Below are positions 39,928 through 52,916 of a DNA stretch of 64,000 nucleotides, piece after piece. Under the pieces are notes generated by a model. The model was given only the letters and a program-made list of their open reading frames with translations. It had not been told where the DNA came from and did not search any database. Made by a program: the position numbers and the translations under genes. Source of the stretch: Octopus sinensis (Eukaryota); contig NW_021836304.1 of assembly GCF_006345805.1 (NCBI RefSeq), forward strand, positions 1 through 64,000, read 5' to 3'. Every line of letters begins with the position of its first letter. The stretch's first letter is position 1.

Positions 39928-40003
<76 letters not shown>
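39236..40003. repeat. (TAGA)n and (GT)n arrays bracketing the 84-nt exon
   Basis: (TAGA)n at 39236-39533 and (GT)n at 39733-40003. Confidence 0.95.
39599..39682 (-). CDS. Cont: Contactin-like exon (FN3-2 middle)
   Basis: ttgtttcag acceptor, TTT|gtgagt donor; phase 0/0; [28 protein letters not shown]. Confidence 0.93.
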
Positions 40004-40005
<2 letters not shown>

Positions 40006-40014
40006 GGATTCACA

Positions 40015-40087
40015 GTGACTTCGAAGTTTCGGCTTTCCAGTGGTCATCAATTTGATGACGGAAAATAACCCGAAACTTCGAAGTCAC
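40015..40087. ncRNA. Inverted pair of degenerate hammerhead-like motifs
   Basis: 18-bp perfect inverted repeat gtgacttcgaagtttcgg/ccgaaacttcgaagtcac around tcatcaa-t-ttgatga; each arm reads TTGATGA..CC GAAAC TTCGAA GTC. Confidence 0.5.
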
Positions 40088-41040
40088 CGTCATCTCATCA
40101 GATATCAAGAGAAGAGCGGGAAAATTGAGACAAATTCAAGATGGCTTCTAGATGTTAGGCTTGTATTGCCTAGCTCAGATCAAGTAGTGTTAATGCTGTG
40201 AAAGTTATATCAGCTATTCGCTCAATCCTTAGGGTCACATACTCGGACAGGAATTTGACAGGACTGAATCTCCACTTTGGTGTTATCAGTGACATCAGTT
40301 TCTTCAATCAGGTTGCGCACATGATAGGTTGAGATGATGGCATGAGTTAGCTCGATCGTCGTTCAGTGGAGTAATAAACACATTGACAATGGCTAACATT
40401 TGCGGGAAGGTAGTCTATAGGGGTGACAGAGATTAAATACTCTGACTTTATGTAGGGCACAGCCAAGCCTAGAGTAGCATTGCTGGTATGTCAGTTGCCA
40501 ATGCCTTGAAGTTCATAGGCAGGGTGTACCTCTGATGGTAGCTATAAGATGATTCATTCACAAGGAGGTAGAATTTTCACTTTCCCTACACCTGAAGCAG
40601 TGCATGTGGTGTGCATAACTTTCCTTAACATTATTAGCTGTCAAGCCCGTGTAGTGCCTTGTGATTCCATCGGATGCAGTGAGACGGTTCTTTAAACTAC
40701 AGTTTTTGAGAGACAGGATCCTCCAAGATTTCGGCATATATATATATATATATTATATATATATATATATATATAATATAATATATATATATATTGTGTA
40801 ATGTACCGTGATGGTAAGATCAACAAAAAAGTATTCCATCTTGTTAGAGATAAGTAGTATTTATAACTACAGTATGTGCTTTTAGGTGCTACTGTTAGTT
40901 TCATGTGATGAAAACATGCCAAACATTGCTTTATAACACGTCTGTCATGTGGATAATGTCTGATCATTGTGCTGGGACACCAGACGTGTTATAAAACAAT
41001 ATTTGACATGTTCTCAACACATGAAACTAATAGTTTCATG

Positions 41041-41075
<35 letters not shown>

Positions 41076-41173
41076 GCATACATATATATACATATGCATA
41101 TGCATATACATAAATAAAGATAACGCTAAATTCACAAGTTTTTTTTATTACTCTCTGTTTATTTTCTCTTATT

Positions 41174-41210
41174 CCTTTCTGTTGAAGAGCGTAGGCTCGA
41201 AATGTAAAGG
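41174..41210 (+). ncRNA. Minimal hammerhead-like motif, U6 variant (copy 3)
   Basis: CCTTT CTGTTGA A GAGC GTAG GCTC GAA ATGT A AAGG; CpG decay in stem III. Confidence 0.5.
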
Positions 41211-41302
41211 ACCTTCCCGAGCGTCAAACTCATACACCTGATTGTCGTTCATACTCCTTTCTTCGTATTTATTTTTTCTATAAATTTCATCTATATACAT
41301 AA

Positions 41303-41355
<53 letters not shown>

Positions 41356-41749
41356 ATATATATAGTACAAGTAAGATAGGGGTTATGGGTGTAACCCACT
41401 ATGGGATATCCTTTATCTAATATACTGTTGGTAAAGTACCCAAATTCTTAATACATAATTGCAATGCAATTAATTCATTTATTGTATTAAACGGGTGTAG
41501 GTAAAGAAATATTTTTGCCGTAAATTTATAATACAAATAGGAAAATGGAGAAACAAATTCAGTTTGTTCGTCAACTTTTGGATATTAGAATGTTGGATTA
41601 TTTATTTATTTTGGAAATGAGAACATCCAAAGCACATATATACATATAATGTGTGTGTATACATACATACATATATATATATATATGTGTGTCTGTGTGC
41701 ATATGTGTTTGTGTATGGGTATGTATGTGTGTATATATATATATATATT

Positions 41750-41970
41750 TCTTTATTGCCCACAAGGGGCTAAACATAGAGGGGACAGACAAAGGGATTA
41801 AGTCAATTACATAGACCCCCAGTGCATAACTGGTACTTAATTTATCGACCCCGAAAGGATGAAAGGCAAAGTCGACCTCGGCGGAAATGTGAACTCACAA
41901 CGTAACGGCAGACGAAATGCGGCTACGCATTTCGCCCGGCGTGCTAACGTTTCTGCCAGTTCGCCGCCTT
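41750..41970 (-). mobile_element. SINE family B
   Basis: Reverse complement of the 33537 consensus. Confidence 0.8.
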
Positions 41971-42131
41971 ATATATACACACATGATGGTCACGGATTGA
42001 ACACTTTTGATCACTGGTCTGCCCAGCTAGGATTGATTTGGAGCTAAACAACAACGGCGACGGTAAGAATAGGGGAGACCAATGGTATCAAAGCAAACAA
42101 TGAAATGATTGTGTCGATAAAGGTATCTTAC

Positions 42132-42226
42132 TGTCCACGTTATCTTCAGAGTCCCGACTGATCCTCCACCACCACCGACCTCATCAGGAGCCTTGTCAGG
42201 AGAATCTTCAGGCACAGAGTAATACA
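42132..42226 (-). CDS. Cont: Contactin-like exon (FN3-1/FN3-2 junction)
   Basis: ttttccag acceptor, ACA|gtaaga donor; phase 1/0; VYYSVPEDSPDKAPDEVGGGGGSVGTLKITWT (contactin-typical GGGG..G.L.I.W). Confidence 0.94.
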
Positions 42227-42753
42227 CTGGAAAATATATAAGGGTATTCACAGCGTTACATACAGAGTATTGATGACGTGAACGGTGCACTAATAAATAT
42301 AATTTATATGTAAGGAGGTGGCTGAGTGTATGGTGTCCGCCGACGGCGTTTCTTCACTATCGAGGATGATTCGAAGGTGTCTGAAATACTGGGCCCATTT
42401 CCTAACGTATATCGTTAGTTTGAAGAATGAGTCTTGTGTTCGATCCGTAGAAAGCTTCGTCTTTAAAGTTCCTGTATTCATAATACGATCATATTGACGA
42501 TTAGGATGAAATGCTGATACCGCAGTTCAACTGATATGCTTTGACGCCTTTACTCTAATGACATAGATACAGGACCTGGAATTTTAAAAGGGAGTTTAGT
42601 CGGCACTATCGACCCAGTACTTGACTGGTACCATATTTTATTGACCCTGAAGGAATTGATTTGAAAACCTCTAGGTTTTTTATTTGTTTAAATATTTCTA
42701 GATTTCTGTTGCTAGTGATACAATATAGAGCTTTAACTATAGTCATCCATTAC

Positions 42754-42894
42754 CTGATGGTAAACTCACTGGGCCTCTGCCAAAATAATTGGTTGCTTGA
42801 ACTTTAAACGAATACTGTAGGCCTGGGTACAGCTTTTCAACTATAAAGGAGCGCGGGTATTTGGTTGAGAGCAGTGTATTTTGATAGGGTATAT
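42754..42894 (-). CDS. Cont: Contactin-like exon (FN3-1, second half)
   Basis: ttttcttttcag acceptor, G|gtaatg donor; phase 1/1; NIPYQNTLLSTKYPRSFIVEKLYPGLQYSFKVQATNYFGRGPVSLPS (FN3 L.P...Y.F.V.A.N..G.G motif). Confidence 0.94.
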
Positions 42895-44109
42895 CTGAAA
42901 AGAAAACATTAATGAATGAAAGACAATAACAAATACTTGAACGATGTAAGGTGTTATCACAAAGACTATTTACAGCTAGACAGACAGAGGCAAAGAGAGT
43001 TAAGGGGTTTGATACATGGGGTAGAACATTGCACGAGTATAGGGGATGAGTACTTGCAAGAGCAAACGATAAAATGATCTAGGAAGGTGACTTGGTAGAA
43101 ATGAGAGCTAAATTCCCTTAAATCACACCCTTATGCTTTGGAAAATGAGAACACACTGAATAATATCATCCAGGATAGACATTGTCTGAAAATTAGGCGA
43201 GATGATCACGTATGAAACAGCTTTGGTCATAAGGACCGAACTGAGAGAAAACGTCAAAAAACCAGGGTGGAGAGGAGTCATCAAGGACGAATCTTCGTGG
43301 ATGCCTGACATTTTAAATTTAACAGCCAAATCATACGATTGTTCAAAATAGAGAAAAGCCATTGTATAATATAACCCGAGATACATTTTGTGACGACTGG
43401 AACACCCCGAATGACTCGTGCTTACTTTAAATATAAAGGAAGGTTTAGAGTGGAAAACTATAGTAGTAGTAGTAGTAGTAGTAGTAGTAGCAGCAGCAGC
43501 GTCAATTGCACCAACAGCCGTAGCAACAGCAACAGTAGTCGTAGTCGTAGTAGTAGATTGTTAATATTAACACTAATGGTACGTTAATATTAGCATCAAA
43601 TATTACATTAATATTAACAATATTTACACCAAAAGTTACGTCGACTTTAACAGCAAATGTTACCGCAAATAACAATATTAATACCAAATATTACATAAAT
43701 ATATAAATTAATGCTAAATGTTATTTAATGACAAATGTTACGTCACATTAACAATACTACCACCGAATGTAACAATGTTATGTCAATATTAACATCAAAC
43801 ATTACTTCAACGCCAATTCTGTACTTCAAAATATCAACATTAAACGTTACATAAACATTAAGTTCAAAATTTACATCAATATTAACATGGAATTTTACGC
43901 TAAGTTCAACGACGAATATAACTAGAAATTTGTCGCTAATATTTTAAAGGTAACTTTCACGAAAATATCGAACGAGATATTTGCAAGGATGTGAGAAAAA
44001 CGTTAGCAAAAAAGAAAAAGAAAATGTTTCGTTCAAGTAAGAGAAGCATACTTTTTGTATTATATATTCAAACTTCATTTTGTATTTTTTGTTCTGCCAA
44101 CGCCAAAAA

Positions 44110-44154
<45 letters not shown>

Positions 44155-47100
44155 AAACAACACACAAAGACAGAATAAAAAAAAACCGCAACACAATCAA
44201 AATAATCAGCAGGGAATATTTATATTAAAAAAAGAAAATGTATCGATTAAATACTTTCTAAGTTTCACCTAATATCAATATTTTCTAAAATTAGAAATAA
44301 ACATACATTTTTTTTTTAATTTGCTTGTCTTTTGTTTTGTTATATTTTGTTATGCTTTTGTAGTTTGTTTGTATTTTTATACTAATAAATTTTAACGTTT
44401 TGATTTCAGCATTCATTGTCTTTTTTTTTTTCTTTTTTAAATTTTTTCTTTTACTTTTTGTTTCGTTTCGTTTCGTCAATGATTGATGGAGCTGAGAAAA
44501 GGAAATTTTTACATAATTTATTTAAAGTACACCTGAGTGCGGTGTCGGCGAGGTGGACGGGGGTTGCTGAGCGTGGGGGGGGAGTAAACATACGTTTCTT
44601 AATGACGTTGTAGAAACACGGTATTTTAGCTGGCAGCACTGTTATTAAGTAATCTGTGCGGTTTTAATTAGATTCTCTTTTACATTCGTCCCCACCTTTC
44701 CCCCACCTTCTACTCCCTACTACCAGCAATCCCACCATCACTGCCATGGCCACCATCATCGGCATCATCATCATCGCCATCATCATTATCATCATCATCA
44801 AAACCATCATCCCAATCATCGTCACCGTGCTTATCATCACCATCAACACGATCACGATCATCATCATGACTACTGTCATCATCATCCGTCATCGTCGTCG
44901 TCCTCAACATCATCATCATCATCATCATCAATACCTTTATCATTATTATTACCATCATCGTCATCGTTGTCATCCTCACCGCCATCATCATCAACAACAA
45001 GCCACCATCGCCACTACCATCACTACCTCCATTTTCTTCATCAAGGTCGTCGTCACCACTAATAACAACGCTCTCCATCTTCTTCTCATTCCCTTTCTCC
45101 TCACCATCTTCCTCCTCCACCTCCTCCTCCCTCCTCCTCCTCATCATCATCATCATCATCGTTATCACCAACGTTATCATTATGAATCATCACCGTCTCA
45201 CCTTCATCTCATTACCATCTCCACCGCTATGACCACCGCCACCACCATCATCTACACCACCACTGTTATCCCCCGCTACCAGCAGCAGCAGCACCACCAC
45301 CACCACCATCTCTACCATCGACTTCGACATCAGCGTGAGAGAGAGAAAGAGAGAGAGAGAGAGGAGGGAGTGGAAAGAGTGTGCAGGGGCCGTTCTGCAA
45401 CAGCGACGAGGGTTCTTTTGTTTTTTTTAGATTTGCCCGTCGGCTCATCATTTGAATCGCTTTACTATTCTCAGTTGGGCTTTAACTATTGCACCACACA
45501 CACACACATACACACATACACACATACACACATAATTACACGCACAACAAGACACATTACACACATGCAAGCACGCACATACATACATGCATATATATGC
45601 ATCTGCACTCATACATATATCTTCTCACGCGATAGCACACACAAATATACACACACACATATACACACGTGCATAAACAACTACGCACGCAACCACACAC
45701 AAATTCACATATACACGTACACATCTACACCTACACACACACACACATGCACACATAGGCACACTATACACGCACACATCTACACACACATAAACAAACA
45801 CACATCTACACACAATATTCTCACGCTTATAATATTCACATGCACACATACGTTTGCACATACACCTCCATACACATACATCTATACACGTACACATACA
45901 TAAGAATGCATGCACACGCATGCACACATATACAAACACACACACACACACACACACATCATGTGATGCTTCATTAAAGCATAACAAGTGCAACGCTGGT
46001 GAATATTTAACGAAAATTCTTAACGAATCAGGCTATAACAGATAGAAGCAGATACTTAAATATATATATATACACGTATATTCCCCAGTGGCATTGGGGT
46101 TCGAACACGCTAACTATTAACCACAAAACTACTCGGTAACTTCTGCTTGTTTCAATGGAAGGGTTAGTATCTACACTCACCGAGCTGTTCTCGTTTTTGT
46201 CATCTAACCCTATTTTCTATTCACCCCCTTTCATTTTAGAGGCTCGTTAACAAATCAATACTAGTTGTGAAGAGTCTCAACAGTTTTGTTAAGGCAATGA
46301 GATGGCAGAATTGTTAAAACGTCGGACAAAAACGTCTTATGTTTTGAGTTCATTTCCAGCGGAAGTCAACTTTACTTTTCGTGCTTTTAGGGTAGATAAA
46401 ATAAAGTACTAGTCAAGTACTAACATCAAAATAGCTGGCCTTGTGCGTAAATTCTTAGAAACCTTAATTATTAAGACATTCAAGGATGTGAATTGGTAGA
46501 ATCGTTACTATGCCGTAGAAAATGTTTAGCGGCATTTCTTCCGGCTTTACGTTCCCAGTTCAAATTCCGCCGATATCCACTTTGCTTTTCATCCTTTCAG
46601 GGTCGCGTACGAATTGAGTGTGCTGTGTATGCGTGCGGCGCGCAGTTTGTTTTGTGTCTGGGAGTGTGTGTATGTGGGTGTGTACTTTCGCGTAATTTAC
46701 AAGCGTCACTTTATTTAATACGTTTACCTGGGTGTTCTCTTTTTCTATAAGATTTTGCTACCCTCATTATCTTTCCTTAGTAACAAACATCCCACTCTTG
46801 TGTTCTGGCTTCTGCGCCATGACACCGAAATGACCAATTCAACCACAGAGTGAAAACACTAAACAAATTATAATCATCTGTGGCCGCACCATAAATTATG
46901 GAGTTAACGAAGTGATCTCCTTGAAGCCACACCCAATCTACCTCGCTAAGGCAAACTGTGAGTAGAAAAAGCGATTGGCTCTTTATCAATTCCACATTCC
47001 ATTCAACTCTCGATTGATAAAATGTACAACTTTTGCCTAGTTCGTTTCCTTTTGAATTCCAACGGAATTTGAACTTTGACCGTAATTCAAGACAAGTAAT

Positions 47101-47259
47101 TTTCAATGGACGAGCCGAATGTACTTGAGGAGAAAGGACACCTGATAGATATGAGGCATTTTAATTATACACAATATGCATTCAGTAACCCTTTTGAAAC
47201 AACTGTAGTGCTTGAATACGTCTCTCATTTACTGGAACAAAGTGTTTTACTTTACTTAC

Positions 47260-47424
47260 TTTCGACAATAGGAACGTAATTCCGGTGGTAATTATTGGCC
47301 GCTAAAATGGTAAAGAACTGTATAGGTGCCATATGAGAGTCGCCGTCAGTCCATATTACTTGGAATCCTCTTTCTATCCCAGGTAGTTGTAGCGCATACA
47401 CGCCTGCGACGGGGCCTGGAGGTC
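47260..47424 (-). CDS. Cont: Contactin-like exon (FN3-1, first half)
   Basis: gcatttcag acceptor, A|gtaagt donor; phase 1/1; GPPGPVAGVYALQLPGIERGFQVIWTDGDSHMAPIQFFTILAANNYHRNYVPIVE. Confidence 0.93.
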
Positions 47425-47540
47425 CTGAAATGCACCAAACGAAACAATTAAAACAGTGTAGAAGTGATATAAATATACAATAAGGAGAAGATAGAATACC
47501 ATTAAAATATATATAAAATATATGTGTATATGTATATGTA

Positions 47541-47630
<90 letters not shown>

Positions 47631-47942
47631 AGAGACCAAAGTGTACGTACGCCGCTATAGTGTGTGTGTGTACGCACAAAATGGGACAAGAACGCAAAAC
47701 ATCCAGATAGACGATACGATACGATACAAAGAAAACAAGGACGGGTCATTCGGAGTTCTTTTTCCTCAGTCGAGTTCCAGATTATCTTTGCAATTTCGGA
47801 TGATATATATATATATTGAAAACCCCACTAGAATGGGAGAAAGCGCTAATACATGATCAAAGTTATATGATATATAAAAAATGTAATATACAAATAAATA
47901 TCTGTAAATATAAACCATCCGATTTTCTGAGTACCTCATTTC

Positions 47943-47994
<52 letters not shown>

Positions 47995-47995
<1 letters not shown>

Positions 47996-48444
47996 TGGTG
48001 TGTCTGGAGAGAGTCATTTTCTCTTTGCGCCTTATAATTTAACACACTCACCGGTAAAATTTCCACTTATTTCTAATTTTTATTTTCCTAAAATTTTCGT
48101 TGCGTCTTGCAACCTTTTCAATAGACTTGAGGCGTGTGTGTGCGTGTGTATGTGTGCATGTATGAGTTTGTCCCCCACCACCACTTGACAACCGATGCTG
48201 GAATGCTTACGTCCCTGTAACTTAGTGGTTCGGCAAAAGAAGTCGATAGAATAAGAAATTAGGTTTACAAAAAATAAGTCCTGGGGTCCATTTGTTCGAC
48301 TATAGGCGTTATTCCAGCATGGACACAGTGAAATGACTAAAACGTGTAAAAGAAAAGAATAGAATATATATATTCTATTCTTTACTTTGTATGTATATAT
48401 ATTATAAGGCGCAAAAAGAAAATGACTCTCCCCAAACACACCAG
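47995..48444. mobile_element. TA-flanked MITE with ~45-bp TIR, carrying a SINE 3' fragment
   Basis: ctggtgtgtctggagagagtcattttctctttgcgccttata / tataaggcgcaaaaagaaaatgactctccccaaacacaccag in a (TA)n context. Confidence 0.8.
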
Positions 48445-48549
48445 TATATATATATATAAAGGGAACGTTTACGAAAATAAACAAAAGACGAAGGCAGGCG
48501 GAGTACAAACAAACAAATGTATTAGTATAACGCTCAGGAATAGAAAAAG

Positions 48550-48587
48550 TCTTTTACGTTTCGAGCCTACGCTCTTCGACAGAAAGA
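48550..48587 (-). ncRNA. Minimal hammerhead-like motif, U6 variant (copy 4, best preserved)
   Basis: TCTTT CTGTCGA A GAGC GTAG GCTC GAA ACGT A AAAGA. Confidence 0.62.
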
Positions 48588-48638
48588 TACACAGAGAAAA
48601 ACAAGGAGAGAGAAAATGCGTGTAGGAGCTAACGATCT

Positions 48639-48713
<75 letters not shown>

Positions 48714-48917
48714 ATATATGTACATATGTATATATACACATATGTAAATGTCGAACGATGAAAATGAGTACTTAACAACGCATTGGTGAATATAATTTCT
48801 TTATTTGTGAATTAAGGCTACCATCAGTTTCATTTTAAGAAAAGTAGGAAAATGTCCTGGTGTCTTAACAATATTTCAAGCCGATATATATATATATATA
48901 TTATATATATATATATA

Positions 48918-49660
48918 GGTAAAATTTTATCGTCACTAATTATGACTGATGGTGCAGAAACCTTATGTTGCAAGAAATAAGAGTTATAAACTGTTAATAG
49001 AGTAAGTTACGCGCAATATATACACACAAGTCTTTCAATAGTGTATGTGCATTTTGTGTGATACACAGCCCGCGATCTGTTACCAGATATGTGTGCGTGT
49101 GTGTGTGTATAACTGCGTGTGGCTTAGTGGTTAGGGTGTTGCCCTCATGATCGTAAAATTACGGCTTCGATTCTTGGATGCGTTTTATATAAATATATAT
49201 ATATATATATACACATTAGCCCCTTGTGGGCAGTAAAGAATATATATATATATACACATATATATATATATATAACAATATATAATATATATATATATAG
49301 GTAAAATTTTATCGTCACTAATTATGACTGATGGTGCAGAAACCTTATGTTGCAAGAAATAAGAGTTATAAACTGTTAATAGAGTAAGTTACGCGCAATA
49401 TATACACACAAGTCTTTCAATAGTGTATGTGCATTTTGTGTGATACACAGCCCGCGATCTGTTACCAGATATGTGTGCGTGTGTGTGTGTATAACTGCGT
49501 GTGGCTTAGTGGTTAGGGTGTTGCCCTCATGATCGTAAAATTACGGCTTCGATTCTTGGATGCGTTTTATATAAATATATATATATATACACATTAGCCC
49601 CTTGTGGGCAGTAAAGAAATATATATATATATACACATATATATATATATATATAACAAT
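48918..49660. repeat. Near-identical tandem duplication, period 382 bp
   Basis: ggtaaaattttatcgtcac... starts at 48918 and 49300; junctions lie in (TA)n. Confidence 0.9.
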
Positions 49661-49663
49661 ATA

Positions 49664-49729
<66 letters not shown>

Positions 49730-49822
49730 TGTATGTATGTATGTATGTATACACCCATATACATTATCAAAATAAAAAGAAACAAGAACCAAATGTATAA
49801 GATTCAGGTTTTGACTACAAAC

Positions 49823-49955
49823 CTTTGACATAAAGCATTGCTGAAGACTCAACGGAGTCAACTGGAGTCTCAAGAATACAAGTATATATTCCGCTGTGTC
49901 TAAACTGTGCAGATCTGATGTATAATCCAGAACGTTGGTCTCTATCAGAGGTGGC
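49823..49955 (-). CDS. Cont: Contactin-like exon (C-terminal half of Ig6)
   Basis: ttttgtag acceptor, G|gtttgt donor; phase 0/1; ATSDRDQRSGLYIRSAQFRHSGIYTCILETPVDSVESSAMLYVK. Confidence 0.92.
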
Positions 49956-50043
49956 CTACAAAATCGATATGATATCATAGTTTAAACTGTATGATGATCA
50001 CGATGATGACGACGACGATGACTAAGCCGTTAACAACAACAAC

Positions 50044-50109
<66 letters not shown>

Positions 50110-50113
<4 letters not shown>

Positions 50114-50395
50114 AGAATGTGGAATCTAAAAACAGAAACAATTCCTATCATAGTAGGTGCATTAGGCATGATAAAAAAATATTCAGACAAACACATAACA
50201 AAAACACCAGAACTTACAAACACATATAACATACAGAAAATTGCACTACTAGGCACTGCACACATTCTACGCAGAACACTTTCCATACAATAACCATCAG
50301 AGCATCACAACAAATCACAGCACATACCTAAGGCACACAGAGCTGCGCTCGGTAGTGAAGTGAAAGCACGCTATAAAAATAAAACTACTGAATAA
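50110..50395 (+). mobile_element. R4/Dong-type LINE 3' fragment in an (AAT)n tract
   Basis: WNLKTETIPIIVGALGMIKK...IQKIALLGTAHILRRTL*; flanked by AAT repeats. Confidence 0.75.
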
Positions 50396-50411
50396 TAATA
50401 ATAACAATAAT

Positions 50412-50973
50412 AAATGCCCCAATGCAGTACCAGGCACTGGCTCTCATGACTTTTCATCTTAACGGATTGGAAATATTATCATGTACATGATTTGTCATGG
50501 TATAAAAGATGAGCTACAGTAAATATTCTGCTCAATACCACATATTTGCTTGTCTGTTGACTTGACCATAACCAATTGAACATGTCCCTTCGTGGCCGGC
50601 AATATGTGCATCTCTGATCATGAGTAGAAGTAGTGGAAGAGTATCATAGTCATGTGTTGAGAGAAATTCTCTGGAGTTTGAATAATTCGTCTCTGGAAAC
50701 ATGGGTGTTTCGTTCAACTTCTTTAAACAACCCTTATTCAGGGTCCTTTTGAGCGGGATGGGCTATTCGACCTGAAGATAATTCTAACTGGGCTCCACCT
50801 GCAAGGTCATGCGCTATTTATTTTGATATGAGACCAACAGGTCGTGCACATATGGTTATGATGCATGTACTTACTAGTGCAGCCTTATCAGACGGGTAGT
50901 CATGATGGGTTTACTGGGCTTCCTATATTTTACCCCAGTGTCACTTTGATGGCATGCACTGCTCTGTCACTCA
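50412..50973 (+). mobile_element. ~560-bp dispersed repeat ending in an (AAT)n tail (three copies)
   Basis: Colinear copies at ~36485-36918 and ~38525-38930, all ending ...gtcactcaat(aat)n. Confidence 0.75.
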
Positions 50974-51089
50974 ATAATAATAATAATGATAATAATAATA
51001 ATAATAATAATAATAAAATAATAATAATAATAATGATAATAATGATGATGATGATAATGATAATGATGATAATAATAATAATAATAATG

Positions 51090-51141
<52 letters not shown>

Positions 51142-51227
51142 TGATGATAATGATAATGATGATAATAATAATAATAATGATGATGATGATGATGATAATA
51201 ATGATAATAATAATAATAATAATAATA

Positions 51228-51275
<48 letters not shown>

Positions 51276-51305
51276 TAATGATGATGATGATGATGATGAT
51301 AAGCA

Positions 51306-51795
51306 AACCCCCAGAAGGGATCACCGAAAATGGGAATTGCAAAATCCTGTGGGATACAATGATCCAGTGCGATCACCTGACTATAAATTGGAAACCGGAC
51401 ACTGTTGTGGTGAATAAAAAGGAAAGAACATGTATGATAATCAACAGAGCATGCCCCGGTGACAACAGGATCAATGTGAAAGAAGAAGGGGAAAAAATAA
51501 ACAAGTATGACGATTTAAAGTGGGAAATATGAAGGTTGAGGTGAATGAAGGGAGTAGACACGATACCAATAGTAATTGGTGGACTTGGAAGTATCAGCAC
51601 TCAACTACCAACATGGCTGAAAAAGAACGGTGCAAGCGTGAAGGTAGAACACCTACAAAAATCAGCATTGGTTGGAATTGCAAGAATTCTTCGCGGGGTT
51701 CTTGAAGCATAACCAGTAAAACAAGTGTTACCTTAGTCCGCTGGCTGTGGACAGCTGACGCTTTCTATCATACCCAGCAATATAAACTGTGAGTT
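51306..51795 (+). mobile_element. R4/Dong-type LINE restriction-like endonuclease fragment
   Basis: PEGITENGNCKILWD..IQCDH....KPD.VVVNK...C.II..ACPGD....KE.EK..KYDDLKWEI..IPIVIGGLG..LQKSALVGIARILR.VL. Confidence 0.8.
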
Positions 51796-51822
51796 TTAAT
51801 ACAATTATTATTATTATTATTA

Positions 51823-51867
<45 letters not shown>

Positions 51868-51914
51868 CCTTATTATTATTATTACTATTATTATTATTAT
51901 TACTATTATTATTA

Positions 51915-51957
<43 letters not shown>

Positions 51958-51994
51958 CATCATTATTATTATTATTATTATTATATTATTATTA

Positions 51995-52035
<41 letters not shown>

Positions 52036-52560
52036 TATTATTATTATCCTTTCTGCAAAAGTCACAAGGCCTGAAATTTGGGGGAGGGAGATAGTCGATT
52101 ACATCAACCCTAGTACTCGGCTGGTACTTATCTTATCGACCCCGAAAGGATGAAAAGTAAAGTCGGCCTCGGCGGAATTAATAATAATAATAACAATAAT
52201 CATAATAATAATTTCTTTATTGACAACAAGGGCCCAAGACATGGAGGACACTATCGAAGGACGGGTTACAAGGCACAAAACAGAAACAAAAATAAAAAAA
52301 AATAGGTGGTGCTTACATCGATCAAAGATAGATTCTACCACATTAAAGTATATATAACAAAGGATATATAATATTAGGGAAATAAATAGCTATAAAAAAG
52401 AGCAAGAACAAGAAAAACGACAACACCAATAACAAAAGCAACATCAACAATAATAACAGCAACGGCAACCTCACCGTCAACGACACCGACGAAATCACAA
52501 ACACCGACTTCGATGACAATAACAACACCGACAGCTAGAATAACAAGATGTGTCACTGAC

Positions 52561-52724
52561 CATAGAATAATGGGGATCTTTGTCGACTGCAATCGGTTGA
52601 TTATTAAAGAGCCACTTGTAAACATGGTCCATGAACGGAACCACAGATCCTTGGCAATACAAGAATGCTGTTTCATTCAACAGAACTTGACTGGCTCTTG
52701 GACCGATAGGAATGGCACTGCGTC
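52561..52724 (-). CDS. Cont: Contactin-like exon (N-terminal half of Ig6)
   Basis: tcttttcctcag acceptor, ATG|gtcagt donor; phase 1/0; GRSAIPIGPRASQVLLNETAFLYCQGSVVPFMDHVYKWLFNNQPIAVDKDPHYSM. Confidence 0.93.
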
Positions 52725-52747
52725 CTGAGGAAAAGACAGAAAGAGAA

Positions 52748-52816
<69 letters not shown>

Positions 52817-52916
52817 GGGAATCCTTTGATAAGTTAAGTTATGTTTTAATTTTAAATATTGTTAAATATTTTTAGATTATTTATAGTTAATACACGTATT
52901 TTTCACAATTTATTTT

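Noticed and set aside
40120-40700. Possible LINE endonuclease remnant
   Set aside because: Too decayed to identify any motif by eye
41174-41210. Apparent stem I covariation (TCTTT/AAAGA to CCTTT/AAGG) in the U6 hammerhead family
   Set aside because: Requires a G-U wobble or a 1-nt deletion, and the 25863 copy has CCTTT/AAAGA; not clean evidence of covariation
42290-42481. In-phase open stretch between two FN3 exons (GTLKTKLSTDRTQD...)
   Set aside because: No donor site before the stop; the flanking exons already join in frame
46777-47106. 109-aa minus-strand ORF in non-repetitive intron sequence
   Set aside because: No recognisable domain or convincing splice sites; includes a SINE-like gttcaaattccg fragment
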